Positions 1 to 12,571 of a DNA stretch of 64,000 nt are shown in pieces. How positions within the stretch are numbered: the first letter of the stretch is position 1; every line of letters starts with the position of its first letter. The stretch comes from Styela clava (taxonomy: Eukaryota): positions 10,726,001 through 10,790,000 of the forward strand of contig NC_135261.1 of NCBI RefSeq assembly GCF_964204865.1. Reading direction: 5' to 3'. A program made the position numbers and the translations under genes. Below the pieces are notes generated by a model. It was not told the DNA's origin, ran no database searches, and was given only the letters and a program-made list of their open reading frames with translations.

Positions 1-270
1 CTCCTGGATAGCTCTTCAGAACATTAGAGTAATATTTCGTTGTGAACCAAGCAGGACAGTAGTAGCTTTGGAAACTGTAGCATCCGTAATTGATTCGGTA
101 AAATTGTCCGACATTGTAAGTAACATATCCGCAATGACTCGGTTGGTATAGAGCGGCATTGGCAACCTGTAAACATTATAATTTAGGCAAAATTGATAAA
201 AAGAAACGAAGGGCACTATTTATCAAATACTTACGGCCAAACAGCCTAGAAGTAACAATAAAATCTTCAT
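1..270 (-). CDS. 5' part of a secreted Tyr/Cys-rich protein (exon 1 270-235, exon 2 166-<1; continues beyond the window)
   Basis: ATG at 270 and a GTAAGT...TTTACAG intron (234-167). The spliced frame is open: MKILLLLLGCLAVANA/ALYQPSHCGYVTYNVGQFYRINYGCYSFQSYYCPAWFTTKYYSNVLKSYPG. It has a signal peptide with an A-N-A cleavage motif. It is not in the supplied ORF track. Confidence 0.75.
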
Positions 271-326
271 GATCGTCTTTATTCAGGTTGTTGAACAACG
301 ACTTGTCGAATCCCTGTTGTGCGCTT

Positions 327-337
327 GTATATATAGG
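327..337 (-). promoter_or_regulatory. TATA box of the secreted-protein gene
   Basis: The minus strand reads CCTATATATAC about 60 nt upstream of the ATG at 270. Confidence 0.55.
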
Positions 338-1548
338 ACTTCTTCCCTCTCTTCAAAATCCAAGTACCAGCTCCTTTAGGTTTTAATGTTACTTTAGTGA
401 GCTCTTGTCTCGACCACAATGATTGAAATTGTCAGAAGCGCAACAAATGTTTACCTGAATCGCTATGCCGTAGTTATAACAGAAAGTTCAGTTTATTTCA
501 TTCAAATCTTCCATCATTGTACATTTAGTAAAAAGGTAATTGGTAATTAATCTTTTTATTGTGAAGTACATAATTTTTCAACTCATAAGATACCACTTCG
601 ACATCGCTATTCACTTCATCAGTACGCATTGTTTATATAAATATAACTTCAGGATTGAAGATAGTTAGTGAATAGCTATTACATCCAATTGAACAGCATT
701 ACTAAAAAATAGAAGTTTTTCAACAACACTTTATTTTATTATTCACTCTTTGGTATACGCATACAATTGTTTTAACAGCAAAATGTACGACATTTGAATC
801 ATAGATTGATTGACGTTCTCATGCTTGACAGCGTCAATCAATCAAAAATTTTCCCTGCTAATATAATCACTGGCAATGTATCTGAAATAGCCATAATGAT
901 TGGATACTGTAATATGAGGTATTTGGACATGAATTTTGCTCACGAAGTATATTTCACTCGTTGTCAGTGGTATTGGAGTTGGGAACAATTTTTTTACCTC
1001 CAAGTTGATTTAGCGGAAATTAGTGTAGAATACTTCAATTAATCCAAAAACGAATTTTATGTTCTGTTCAATTGCTGGCATTTAAACACTTATAAAACTA
1101 ACGCCAACCAAAACCCCCAAATTAAAAGATTGAATTAATATCGAGATCGACACAAAACAGGATTATACGGAACTCGACGACGGTCGTCATAAACACCAAT
1201 AAAGTCAAAATATCCAGTTTCATAACGTTTCGTCATAGGTCTCAAAGTCGAAAATTTTATTCCCGAATTCCGAATTCTCAAAACATTTGAATCTTACTTC
1301 AGTATAGTAAAGTTGAAAAGTACTAAATATTTTAAGTTTATTTCTGTCATATTCAAAGCAAAAACACAAAATGTTGAGTTAAATACCAATTTTAAAGATT
1401 AATATATTTTTAATCAAGATCTGTACTATCCGTATAAATGCTATCACAAATAAACCATTTGTTTTTGATGAAGCACTTATATCCTTATGTTAGAACAAAC
1501 AGTTTATTTTGCATACTCGTTTGCAAGCAGAACTTTGGTGTTTCGATG

Positions 1549-1824
1549 GATTGATTGACGTTGTCATTCTCCGAGAATACTTAATTCCAAAAGAATATTT
1601 CAACTACTTAACCAGCATCTAGCGGACAGTTTCATATCGGTCGCTTTAAAAAATTTGGACTTTAGGATATTTTTTTGTAATTCGAAACGAATTTCCAAAC
1701 ATCATCAATATTTCCCGGATTCTCCTCATGCATAAATATTTCTATTTCAGGAAATATTCAATATGCTAATGTGCAGCTCGACTTTTGACTCGCGTCAAAT
1801 ATTGTTTGACAACGTCAATCAAAC
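1549..1824. mobile_element. Small MITE-like element; a collapsed palindromic relative lies at 804-843
   Basis: Inverted ends GATTGATTGACGTTGTCA / TGACAACGTCAATCAAAC. The same ends are juxtaposed as a hairpin at 804-843. Confidence 0.45.
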
Positions 1825-3734
1825 AAAATATGTCATTGTTTAGATAATAGATGCTCAAAATGGTAAGCAAAACAATGTTTGTGATTACATCCTGTAAGAA
1901 GTGGATAATTGAAAACCGAAGATCAGCCATCATCAAAATTTGTTAAAACTCGTGTTCAGGCATAATTGCACTCGAACATCACTTCATTCATCTTCAAACC
2001 AAAGTTAATTTCAACAATTTGCGTAGAATGTTTCAATTAAATACGCGTTCCAGTTGCTCCTTCAACAAGTATAATATCTTAACGTCAAAAAGTATTACTA
2101 GACTTTTGTGAATAGAACAATTCTTTTCATTATACGCATGTATTTTATGGCGCAAGTCATTGAAACTTGCATCGAAACAAGGAGAAGAGATGATGCGGCG
2201 TTGGGACGCAAACACTATCTCTGTTCGTTGCATTTAAAAAGCTTTCATCAGTTATTTTATTCACAATGTATAATTTCCAGGTGTCTGTCTTAGTGTTTGT
2301 GGGCTCTGCCATGATTCGTATATATATTAGGGAAGACAATGTCTAATTTCACGGACACGAGGGTCAATTAACAACGACAAAAAAGCCTGAGTTAGGAAGA
2401 AATGACTACATTGTCAACGCCCCTTTTCCGGACGATTTATCAACGCAGACAAATATGGGCTTGTTTTATATATCCAAATGTAATTGGGTTGTTATGATAT
2501 TATTTCCGCATGTCTGCGCTATTAAATCGAGTTGGTCGTTATTAACCAAAAATTTAACCATACTTGCGACATTTTGGCAGCAATGAGTTTTGCGCAAAGT
2601 TTATAAAAAAAATTTGTTTCGGTATTATACGTGATTCGCTTAATTACCGCTGCTCATTGGTTTTATTTTTCATATTATCCAGACATGTACATTAAATAGA
2701 AACTGGAGGGGGTGAACACCATCCATTTAAAAAAAGACTAAAATGAAAAGCTGGAAAACATACTCGTTGCAGAATAGATGACTAATATGATGATTCATCG
2801 CAATCAAAATACTATGGTTTTGATCTGCAATTTTTTGTTCTCCGAATATTACAATTATTAGACACGAAATGGACCTATAAATCGTTTGGTTATTATGTTG
2901 TTCTCATTCTTGTTATTTTCTTTTATCTTTAAGAAAAATTTGCTTTCTCTTTAACAACTACCCGACCTGTTGCTTTAAAATTTTATAGATTAATATTTTG
3001 CTAGAGGGCTATACCTTTCATTTCCTTCCAAAGTTTTTGTGGGCTTCATGGGATTATTTTTTCGTGTACGATGACCTGATCACAATTAAGAATAGCGCAC
3101 AGTATGGCGGTTCCGCCATCGTATTTCGTGCGATGCGGTGCTCATCGAGGTACGATCAGGAAAGCTTCCATTACTAAACTACTACTGTAATATAAACAGG
3201 AAACATAATAAAGATTTCAGTTCGGAATGTTTGATAGTGAAATTAATTTCCATTCCCAAAACCATCGAATTGCAAAACTCCGACAGAAATTTTTCAATTG
3301 GCATGACATTGCCTATCTCAGGACAAAATTTATAAATTTGCACATCATTGGCTGACTTCAAACCAAAATTTTGAACCTACATATTTAGGATAAAAAGCGC
3401 AGTGTATTGGATTGCCTGATTTCGGACAAAAATGTTAAATTTGCATATCTTTGCTAAAGATCGCTGTGTATTAAATTGCCTAACTTCGGACATAAAAAGT
3501 CCTGGTTACCGATACCGGTACCCTGATACAGGTACTAGTAAGTTATCGTACATTAGCTGTTTCACAATACAGCTTCGTCAAGCACATCGTATGATTTGGG
3601 GAAATTGATGGTGAATTGTCTCGTTTTGGATTTCGTGTCCATGTATTCGTGTATGGCCTTCGCGTTTATATTATCGCATTATTTGAAGAATTCCGGTTCC
3701 AAGTTCAAGACCCCAAATTTTGCATTAAATAGAG

Positions 3735-5570
3735 AGAGGAGCATTATCCGAATGTATTTTGGTTTTTCTACCCCACGGCTACGGCCGGGGGTCTAGGCGT
3801 CCTGAAGGTTGCCCGCGGAGATTGTTGCAAAATTTTATCGAGCCTAGGAGGAGACGCAGGCTCCGACAATCAACTTTCTCACCCGTTAAAACTCATCTGA
3901 GCCAGATGGACGACGCATCGGTGGTGATTTTGGGGGCAAACTGCGTCCTATGAGTCGCCGTATCGGCCTTTGCTGGGGTATATCCTCGGAGGGGAAATTC
4001 AAGATAACCGCCAGCTGTCTAACAGCCTCCTGATCGAGAGAGGCAAAAAGTTAATTCTGGTGTTTCACCATGTGTCCAACACCCGTTGGCTGAGTCGGTG
4101 GGGCAAGCTGCGAGACCAAAAAAAAAACAGTTTCCTTTCATTTTCCCGGTTAGTTGCTCAAATAGCTTTCTTTCCACCTGTGTCGCTCCCGCTCAGTTTG
4201 AGATTTTGTGGGTTTTGAAAGCTCGATTGAATCTTCTGCCGTTGCGATCCGTTCGCAGGCGGTTTTCGGCATATGCGGAATTTCGGCTCACCTATACCAC
4301 CTGTCAGGTTTTATTGACGCGATATCGACGTAATTTGTCGAGAGCAAAATGCCAGAACAGCTGAGATGCTGCGGCCGATTTGATTTTCAAGAAAATTGGT
4401 TAGTCTCGGGTCGTAGTACTCGATGTGGTGTGCCTGTTCAACAACTGCGAGGCTGCCATAGATGATGCGGCCACTCGGAAGCACTCAATGTATGAAGAGT
4501 TATGTCGCTCCATTGCTCTTGCCACTGGCAAGATGGTGGAGTTTCACGCATTTGTGGTTGGTTCCCTTGGCAGTTATGCCGCGGGTACCTAGACTGCTCT
4601 TCGTGCTTTGTAGGTGCCGCTACGGCGGTCTACCGTAACTGCGCTAGGAACACCATTCGGGGTTCTCATCGCGTCTGGAGGCCTGGTGTGGACTTCCTGA
4701 CAGTGTCGGCTGATCTGACTTCACCCTCTTTTCCGACACTGCATTCGTTTCTGTCCTATTTTCTTCTTTCCTCTTGGCATATATTGGTAGTTTGCGAGCT
4801 TGTGTGTGTGTTTCGTAAATAAATTGTTCATACTCGCTCGGTTGATTCTCACTGGTGGTTTCTCTTGGTCGTTTGAGCCCTTTGTTCATTAAATTAAGTC
4901 CACATGTCATGTGGCTCAAAATTATTTTGTTTGTATTTTATTCCTTTCTCCACCACTTGCCTCCACAAACTCACGCTCAGCGATGGGCTTGGACCCACAT
5001 AGATGCCATATATATATTATATTTCACCGCTTGCCTTTATTGTCCCAATTTTAATTTGCGGTTATTCAAACACGTTTCCACATGGATTTATTAGTTTGAT
5101 TATTTTCATTTTAATCTGATACTTTATCAAATTTTATCACTTCCATTGTTTCATAATTTCCTCGGGTTGATAGGAAAAGGCGAGCGGTAATTATAATTCA
5201 GTTACATTTTCTTTATGTTTAGAAGCCCCTAGCAACAATTTGATATTTCGTATTTTTGCATTTGACTTTCTCTGTGAGTTGTCCGTGTCTGCCGTTGACG
5301 CGTTTTTTATTTATCTTAAAATGTACTATCCGCCAGACAACGTACCACTTACCAAATATTTATCTATTCATTTCTAGCAGTCAGTATTTCTTTGAGGGAC
5401 TGGTTCAGTTAGATAAGTCTTACTTTTTCTTTATATTATACTTTTATTCCATTTTTTATTATTTAGGTTAAAATTAATTGTATTTATTTTATAAATACCG
5501 TTTTTGCCTCCTGTGCGGGGGTGGCCAGGGTTACTGGCGAATGTACCATTAATAATACAAATAAAAGTAC
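3735..5570 (+). mobile_element. 5'-truncated, decayed RLE-encoding non-LTR retrotransposon (NeSL/Utopia/R2 group)
   Basis: GC-rich island. Broken frames give, in order: WFFYPTATAGGLGV (RT thumb), LKARLNLLPL, and RP(D)LIF...VVVLDVVCLFNN...RK..YEEL...FVVGSLGSY (PD-(D/E)xK restriction-like endonuclease). It has stops and frameshifts, a long 3' UTR and AATAAA near 5560. Both ends are approximate. Confidence 0.8.
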
Positions 5571-5766
5571 ATAAAACAATAATTATCGTCACAGAACCTA
5601 TAGGAAAGCTGGTCTTCGTATACATATATTTGAGCATTGCTCTCATGATTAGTCTAGCATTAGTCTATTGCAAAGATATATGATTGGTCGATTTGTTAAG
5701 AATCTCACTAAGTCCATTATGCAGTTCGCTGAAAATTTTACATTTTCATACGCGAAATATTTTCAG

Positions 5767-7622
5767 ATTGCTACCAAAGCTTTGTTTAATGGCGACATCG
5801 CTACATCCGTTATAGAGAAGTATAAAGAATTGTATCTATTGACGGAAGATAAAGACTATCGTGTTAGTTATGAAAAACTTCTCACGGATTACTCTTTTGT
5901 CTATCCTAGTTTTCTAATGGCAAAAAAGATGAACAAATCTATTTGCAAGCCATCGCAACTCTACATTTTGTTATTGTTATTCAATTCGTCTATATCAATC
6001 TGTGCGTTTTAACCATATTCTCGTGTCAACCGTAGTTAGTTAATGAAGCGAGCCAATTTTGTAACATGGCGGAAAGCTTGACCCATGTTTTCAATATTCG
6101 CTCAAAAATTATTCACTTTGTTTTCGATTTTAAAAAATGCGATAATTGGGCTGAATCATCTTGTCCACACCTATGAGGAGATATATAGTAAGGAACTGCT
6201 GCTAATGTAGATACGGAAGCTCGTTGGTTTGAAATGGCCGTATTAATCAAAGGGTACAAAAATTTACGATAGGACCTATCGTGGCTAGACTAAACAGCGC
6301 TAAACTAGAAATCTCAATCTGCAATGACTAGGATATGGCTTTTAATGATTTAGACTTCATTAATTGAACTCACAATTTGCAATTTTTTTTTCAGATATGC
6401 AACAAATACTTCCGACAATTCCTCAGTTTATTTTCACGCAAATGATCGAAAAGTTCTGCTAGATACGTGCGTTACTGCTAATAATCGCAATAAAACAGGG
6501 TATTAGTAGTCGTTCATTTCGAAGAAGTTCGGTAAGTGCTCAATACAATAATCCTGTCTACTGTGTTAATAGTAATATATGTATACGGCAAAGAAGTCGT
6601 AATTATTGGTTACTTTTTTCATGCTCACCATAGGCGTCGCTTCCCGAAGTCAAGTCAAGTTTATTTATCCAACCGTAAATATATACTACTACGATCCAAC
6701 CAGTAAAGAAATTGGACAAAAATAACGAGAAAATGATATTTACTGTTTTAATGGGAAAGTGAAGACTCGGGGAATCAAATCTGGTTATCGAGCACCCAGG
6801 TTCTGATATCTAATATAACAGATTGGGAATTTCAAAGTTTCAAAATTACTCCAATTGATGTTAAGGCCTATTTGAATATGGCGAATTAGTCAACTAACAT
6901 CGAATTTTAGAGATTATTACTAGAAACTGGTAAGTCTTAATTAATCAGCCATAAGACCAACGAATGACCAGGAAATCCATTTTCGAAATTTCAAGAACTG
7001 CCGACACCACTGCTGAAGATGAATCAGTTGAAGATCAATTTAGTACATTTTGGGCTAGTTTTTTTTGTGGCCGGAAATCTTCCCAAAGACTTTACGAAAT
7101 ATAGTGAAGGTTTTTTATTCTGGTCCGAATTATAATACATTAAAAATGGGGAGAGAGGTGAATTTCAACATAATATATTCCTAATCATAATATTGTGCAT
7201 ATATCTTATCTATTATATACAACTTGACCTTGTCAGTATGGGGACTATTGCAAAATTGGAAAGCTAAACTTTAATATAAAACATTTTTCACCCCGATGTA
7301 TGTTATTAATACGCTAATAGCTTGTTGAGAGTAGCAAATAATATTTTATAGACTTTTAGAAATAAATATTCTACATTTTACAGACTGGAATTACTTGCTT
7401 ATAAATACAGCAAGTGAGGTGAAACAAAAATATAAAGAAAGTGTTTGTAATTTTTGGGATGAAACTGGCTACGTGCAAAGAGAAACCACTGAAAATACCA
7501 CTGGATCGGTGTCGATCACAAATGATCAACAGCTTACTACAGACGCCGGGGTACTTATTCAAGTAAACATTTGGCAAGATATTATCAGTGTATTAATCTC
7601 AATTATTGGTTCCAAATTCTAA
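5767..7622 (+). pseudogene. Carboxylesterase B' pseudogene (last four exons of the gene-B type)
   Basis: Colinear with gene B exons 8-11. The exon-8 donor is lost. TAG TAG stops and a deletion near 6503-6520 remove the catalytic-His motif FHASELEYVFR. No 5' exons are present. Confidence 0.85.
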
Positions 7623-9112
7623 GTGCTTGTGACTTTCAACACGCCAAAATATGATGCTGGTATGAGATAATCCTTTGTTAAATAGATCACTGAAATTCTT
7701 GAACGATTTTGTTCACCTGCAAAAATATATTATATTGAAATAATTATGGATGAACCACTATTTACATTTTATAACAACAGTTTTCGTGCTTTTGCTTGCA
7801 AACAACTAGTTGGTAATGAAACTAATTTTATAAACCTGTGTTAATTTACTGTTATAATTTTGTCTCTTTCGGTATTGATACAAGCTGAAAGACTATTTTT
7901 AGGCTAAAGAAAACATGTTTAAATAACACTGTTTTGCCAAAAGCACAGTTATTCTATTCGGTCGTAGCCGGAAGAAGGAAACTATGTGCACTATTCGGTT
8001 TCATAAGTTTTCATTGTTATTAAATCAAAATCCGATAGAAACTTTTATAAAGACATATAAAAGTTCCTGAGATTATCTTATCTGTACATTGTTTCATATT
8101 TTTATGTTATATAAAATAAAGTAACAAAACATTCGAAACTAAAAAAAATTGGGAAATGCTCGCGGATACTGAAGTAGCAATGTACTTTGAATGACTAGAG
8201 ACTCGCTTCTTGCTTTTTACCAATGTATATTAGAAATCGACAAACTATAACTTTCAAATTGCAAAATGGAATCTTGGATATTCAGCTGAAATAGTATTTT
8301 ATAAGACGAGGAATGACAACGACATTGATAAAACAGGTTGCTAATGAAAACCAACGTCTGTATGAGTATTTCCTAATGGGAAAAATGACTGTCTATTTCT
8401 GAAAAGAATAGCAATATATTCTGTAATTCTATACAGTGTAATATAAAAACAAAATTTTGTGCATTTTTCCAACATTTTCACCACTACTGGTAGAAGTGGC
8501 AAGTGGCGATGTTGATGTTACTTTGGTAATGTTTGGTATTTCAGAACAATCATCTTTTACACCATACCTAATGCTGTCCCAGAAGTCGCAAATCTCTTCC
8601 AAATACTCATTTTGTATAGTGCTTCTTGGGGCTTGTATCATAAGGTGTAGCCAGCTCTTACTCGGATCTGTATTATTTCAATATTCATAAATATTTAAAA
8701 TACAAATCAAATGCCATACCGGAAGTTTGTGTAATGCAGAAAAATAGTCTTGATTCCAATAACTTTTACATACTTCAAAACATATAAACAAGCAAAAAAA
8801 TGCAACAATGTTTTAGCTATATAAAACTTCTAGGTATCCATATACATGTGAGCTATATATGTTAGTTACGTCGTATGTTTTAGAAGCTAAGTTTAGATTC
8901 AGTAATATATATATACCGGTACCTCATTTCGTGAATTCTGTTTAATTTAAGGGCCTCTGTTTTTATTATTTCTGTCTTATACGCACCTTTGTCTTTTTTA
9001 TATTCTGGCCAAATCGGTAAATCGTCATCATTGGACAAATCAGATGAAGGATTCCCGATGTGTTACGGACTGCTAATAATCAAATTCCATTTTGTAGTCA
9101 AGTTGTTTACAT

Positions 9113-10977
9113 CAGGGCTTCCCAAACTAGGGGCCGAGGCCCTGGAAGGAGCCGCGAAACGAATTTTAGGGGCCGCAAAGAGAACACCAAATTTACACAA
9201 AGTACCATATATATTGTACTTTTTCAGACTCTTGATTCAAAATACAATTATTATACAAATAGTGTAAAACAAATATTTCACGATTCCGAGTGGATACATC
9301 ATCATAATACCGTGTTTTTCCGAAAATAAGACACTGTCTTCAATTTTCTTCCGAAAATAACACTAGGGCTTATTTTTGGGATAGAGAATAATGAGATTTT
9401 TCATTATATAAAATATGAATACCGATTTCCATTTACTTATAAATAGCACGTTTTTATTTAAAATAACTACTACGTATAGATTATTAACCATTTAAAAAAG
9501 TAAGAAATATTTCATGCGATCGACTGGGACGCAGTGGTTCTCGAACTTCATCGTATTGTGACGCCCTTCAAAAATATGCTCAAGTTGCGACCCGTGAAAA
9601 TACGAATTGATACCTTTTAATAAAAGATCTTTTTCGCAATGAGTTTCATATAAACGAACCAACAAAACTTAACGACAGTCAGTGAAATCGCAATTAATGG
9701 GCCTTGGTAGAAAAGCCTGCTTTATATAAATAATAAATCTCAAAGAAGATAGGAGTGCGCAACGCTCTTTGAACCAAAGACAAATAATCTTTATCTACAG
9801 AAAACCGAATTTCCAGAATTAAACTTTTCTGTTATAGCAACATCACAGATAAGATCGATTTAATCTTTCTTTTTTCCAGTGAAAGTAGAAAATATGGTTT
9901 GTTTGAAAGGTTCACGAATCACGAAATTTTGCGACGTCCTAGCAAAATTAAAACGACGCACTTCCACGAGATTGAGTCAAAAAAAGTTGCGCTATCGACT
10001 AAGTCTTTTTAAAAGCGAGCGCTTATATTGGAATCTTTTTTAAAATTCAGGCTTGGTCTTATCCCCGGGAAACACGGTAGAATGATCGCACTTGCATAAC
10101 AATGCATATTCTGATCGCAAAACCCGATTTACGGTTTGCATAACAATGACGGCTTTAATCATTGAGCTAGGGGTTTACGAAGACGATGCGCTGAGTGCGT
10201 CTCGAAACATATTACACATCATATTTATTCTAAATGTTTTATTGTTTCAAATGACGTGTTATGAATCAAAGTCATTTTGCCGTTCTATGTGTTTACTTTC
10301 TGTACGTAGGGTCTATTGTTACGTAATATAAGAGATAAACCCTACATGCTGCAATTTCGTATAGGCTGCAGTTTATTCATTTGCTGAACCAAGTTCATCA
10401 AACTTGGGTGATTTCTTTAGCATTTTAAAGAAAACCCAGGCAGAGATAAAAAAGAGAAACGTTAACTTTTTGGCTTTATTCCTCGGGCCTACATGATTAA
10501 AAACCTCAAAAGACATTTAGTACCTATTAACGATGACAAAATTGTGTTTTGTTTCGATGCAGTATATTTTTGTGTGAATGCGCCATGAGTTTTTTCCTTG
10601 ATAATTTGGCGTCGCACAAAATGCTGCCTTATGCTAAGTTTGATCAATCAGAGTGAACAATTCGAGATAAGGACCATGCCGTCGGTAGCCAGACATCGTA
10701 ATTCATAATTTAGGCCTGTATAAACATACATTGAGCCTTGCTATGCATAAGCATTCGAACCCATTACACTGAATAATTGAAAAACGTTAATCTGAATAAA
10801 TAATGTGCTTGTTTTTGTTATTGAGTAGACATGTTAAAGTTGAGAATTAGCTGTGCCAATAAAACATCAAAAATGCATAATTCGAACTGTTCGGCATTAT
10901 TTAACGTTGACAAGAGCCGCGAAAAATTTTAATATATATTAAAAGGGGCCGCAGGCTCAAAAGTTTGGGAAGCCCTG
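9113..10977. mobile_element. Non-autonomous hAT element
   Basis: TIR CAGGGCTTCCCAAACT / AGTTTGGGAAGCCCTG with a perfect 8-bp TSD GTTTACAT. Confidence 0.9.
9310..10077. mobile_element. Tc1/mariner-pogo-like MITE nested in the hAT element
   Basis: Imperfect TIRs CCGTGTTTTTCCGAAAATAAGAC / GTCTTATCCCCGGGAAACACGG, flanked by TA on both sides. Confidence 0.75.
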
Positions 10978-12571
10978 GTTTACATTATAGTGTCGCAATC
11001 TTGTTGCTCGATTTTATTTACGCGTACCCTTTTGTGATGTCACATCGAGCCGTTCTAGACTTGTCGATGTCTGCACGCATCTTTGATTATCGAGACGTGT
11101 TTTGCTGACTGTAACTGTAATTCTTAGATTATGGTTGTAATGCAGTAGGTTTCGTATAGCTTAATTTAGTTACTATGACAGTTAGACTTTGCTTAGTTGT
11201 TAGGACTATTTCATTTAGATTAGTTATATATTTATGACTTGAATAGGAATTATTGCTCCACCGAATATTCTTTATTGTTATTTATTCGCAGTTAAGTTAT
11301 CTATCCCAATTGTGATTTAGGTTGTTCACCTTTGTAAAACCGATTACCCCGGTTTGGACGTTCTGTATTTTTTCTCAAGACGTTATTTACACCTGCAAGT
11401 TACCTATATGTTTACTGTCATTATTTCTCGATTTGCTACTTGGTGATTAACTTTCAACATTGACATTTAAAGTGCTGTGGATGGAACCTTTTCAATATAA
11501 GTTTAAAAATTATATGAGATTGTGGAACGGGGAGGGATTTTGCAAGGTTCAACTAAGATCGTATCAAGGTATTGCTGTTTGCGCCAAGCACAAGGTTTGG
11601 AGTCTACAGTACGCTAAAATCGAAACGCTAGAACTCTAGTCCAAATCTCCAACACGATGCGAGCAAAGTTTCCCCAATAAGGTTTTCAGCGAATCATTAG
11701 CAGTGTAGTTGTCGTTTTGAAGAGGAATAGCATTTGAGAAAACCTTGAAATACGAACAGTAAAATCAAAGTGTGTTTTGTGCAATAATATATCTCTACAT
11801 TGTCGATATTTTGTGAGATATGTCATACTACAACATTGTGTTGGGTACGGATGTATTTGAATCAGATATATAAAACCCCTCTGCATTTAACAGCAACAGC
11901 TGCTATACGCTACAGACATCGTGAATGAATTTGTAAAGAGATGAAGTAATTTGCCGATTTATTGAGGCGTTTATCAGTATTAAGAATGACTAGGATAGTA
12001 TTTTATCGATATTTTATGAATCTGTGATCATTATTCCAATACTGGAAGGACAAAAATTATATATTAACTTTTCTGATAGTATAAAGTTTAAAGTGTGGTA
12101 AATACTTAAAATACACTCCACAATGTTGAAACAGGATTGGTCAATTTCTTCAGTAAAACCTAAATGACATCGTAGCCGTGTGTTTTGTATGGTTGGCCCT
12201 TGGGCTATTGACTCGTTTGGGCGATTTAATATGGTTACATACAAGTTGCACGAGATAATTCGTCACGTCAACTTTGAAAGTTTATGAGGTTTCGCCTCGT
12301 TTCCGCAGCGTTCGCGTATTCGTCATTCAATTGAAATAAAACTGCACGTATTAAGATCTATAAGAAAGAAAGCTGAGCTTAGGGCAGTTCACAATTTCAA
12401 AGGTTGAATGTATTGATTTTATTGACTGCGAGTGCAACTAGATGGTACAATTTGAAGCCGCTTAACTAATTAGGGATTTTGTGACTTAATGTTTCAGAGA
12501 TAATTAACATTTCAATAGACTTTTGAAAGTCATTTTTTATGTGTAGTTTTTCGCGTACAGTTGATGCTAAT

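Larger units (their letters stand above)
9061..11654. mobile_element. Solo LTR (~720 bp net, BEL/Pao-like ends) carrying nested insertions
   Basis: Ends are TGTT...AACA with a 5-bp TSD CGATG (9056-9060, 11655-11659). The empty site can be reconstructed from gene A exon 10. Confidence 0.8.
8429..11860 (-). pseudogene. Carboxylesterase A' pseudogene (last two exons of the gene-A type), exon 10 split by insertions
   Basis: ORF 8429-8641 matches the last exon of gene A. The two halves of exon 10 lie at ~8988-9060 and ~11655-11745 and rejoin across the CGATG duplication. Confidence 0.85.

Noticed and set aside
2108-2293. ORF with YLCSLHL, vaguely THAP-like
   Set aside because: There is no N-terminal CxxxC or conserved Trp, and no TIR context.
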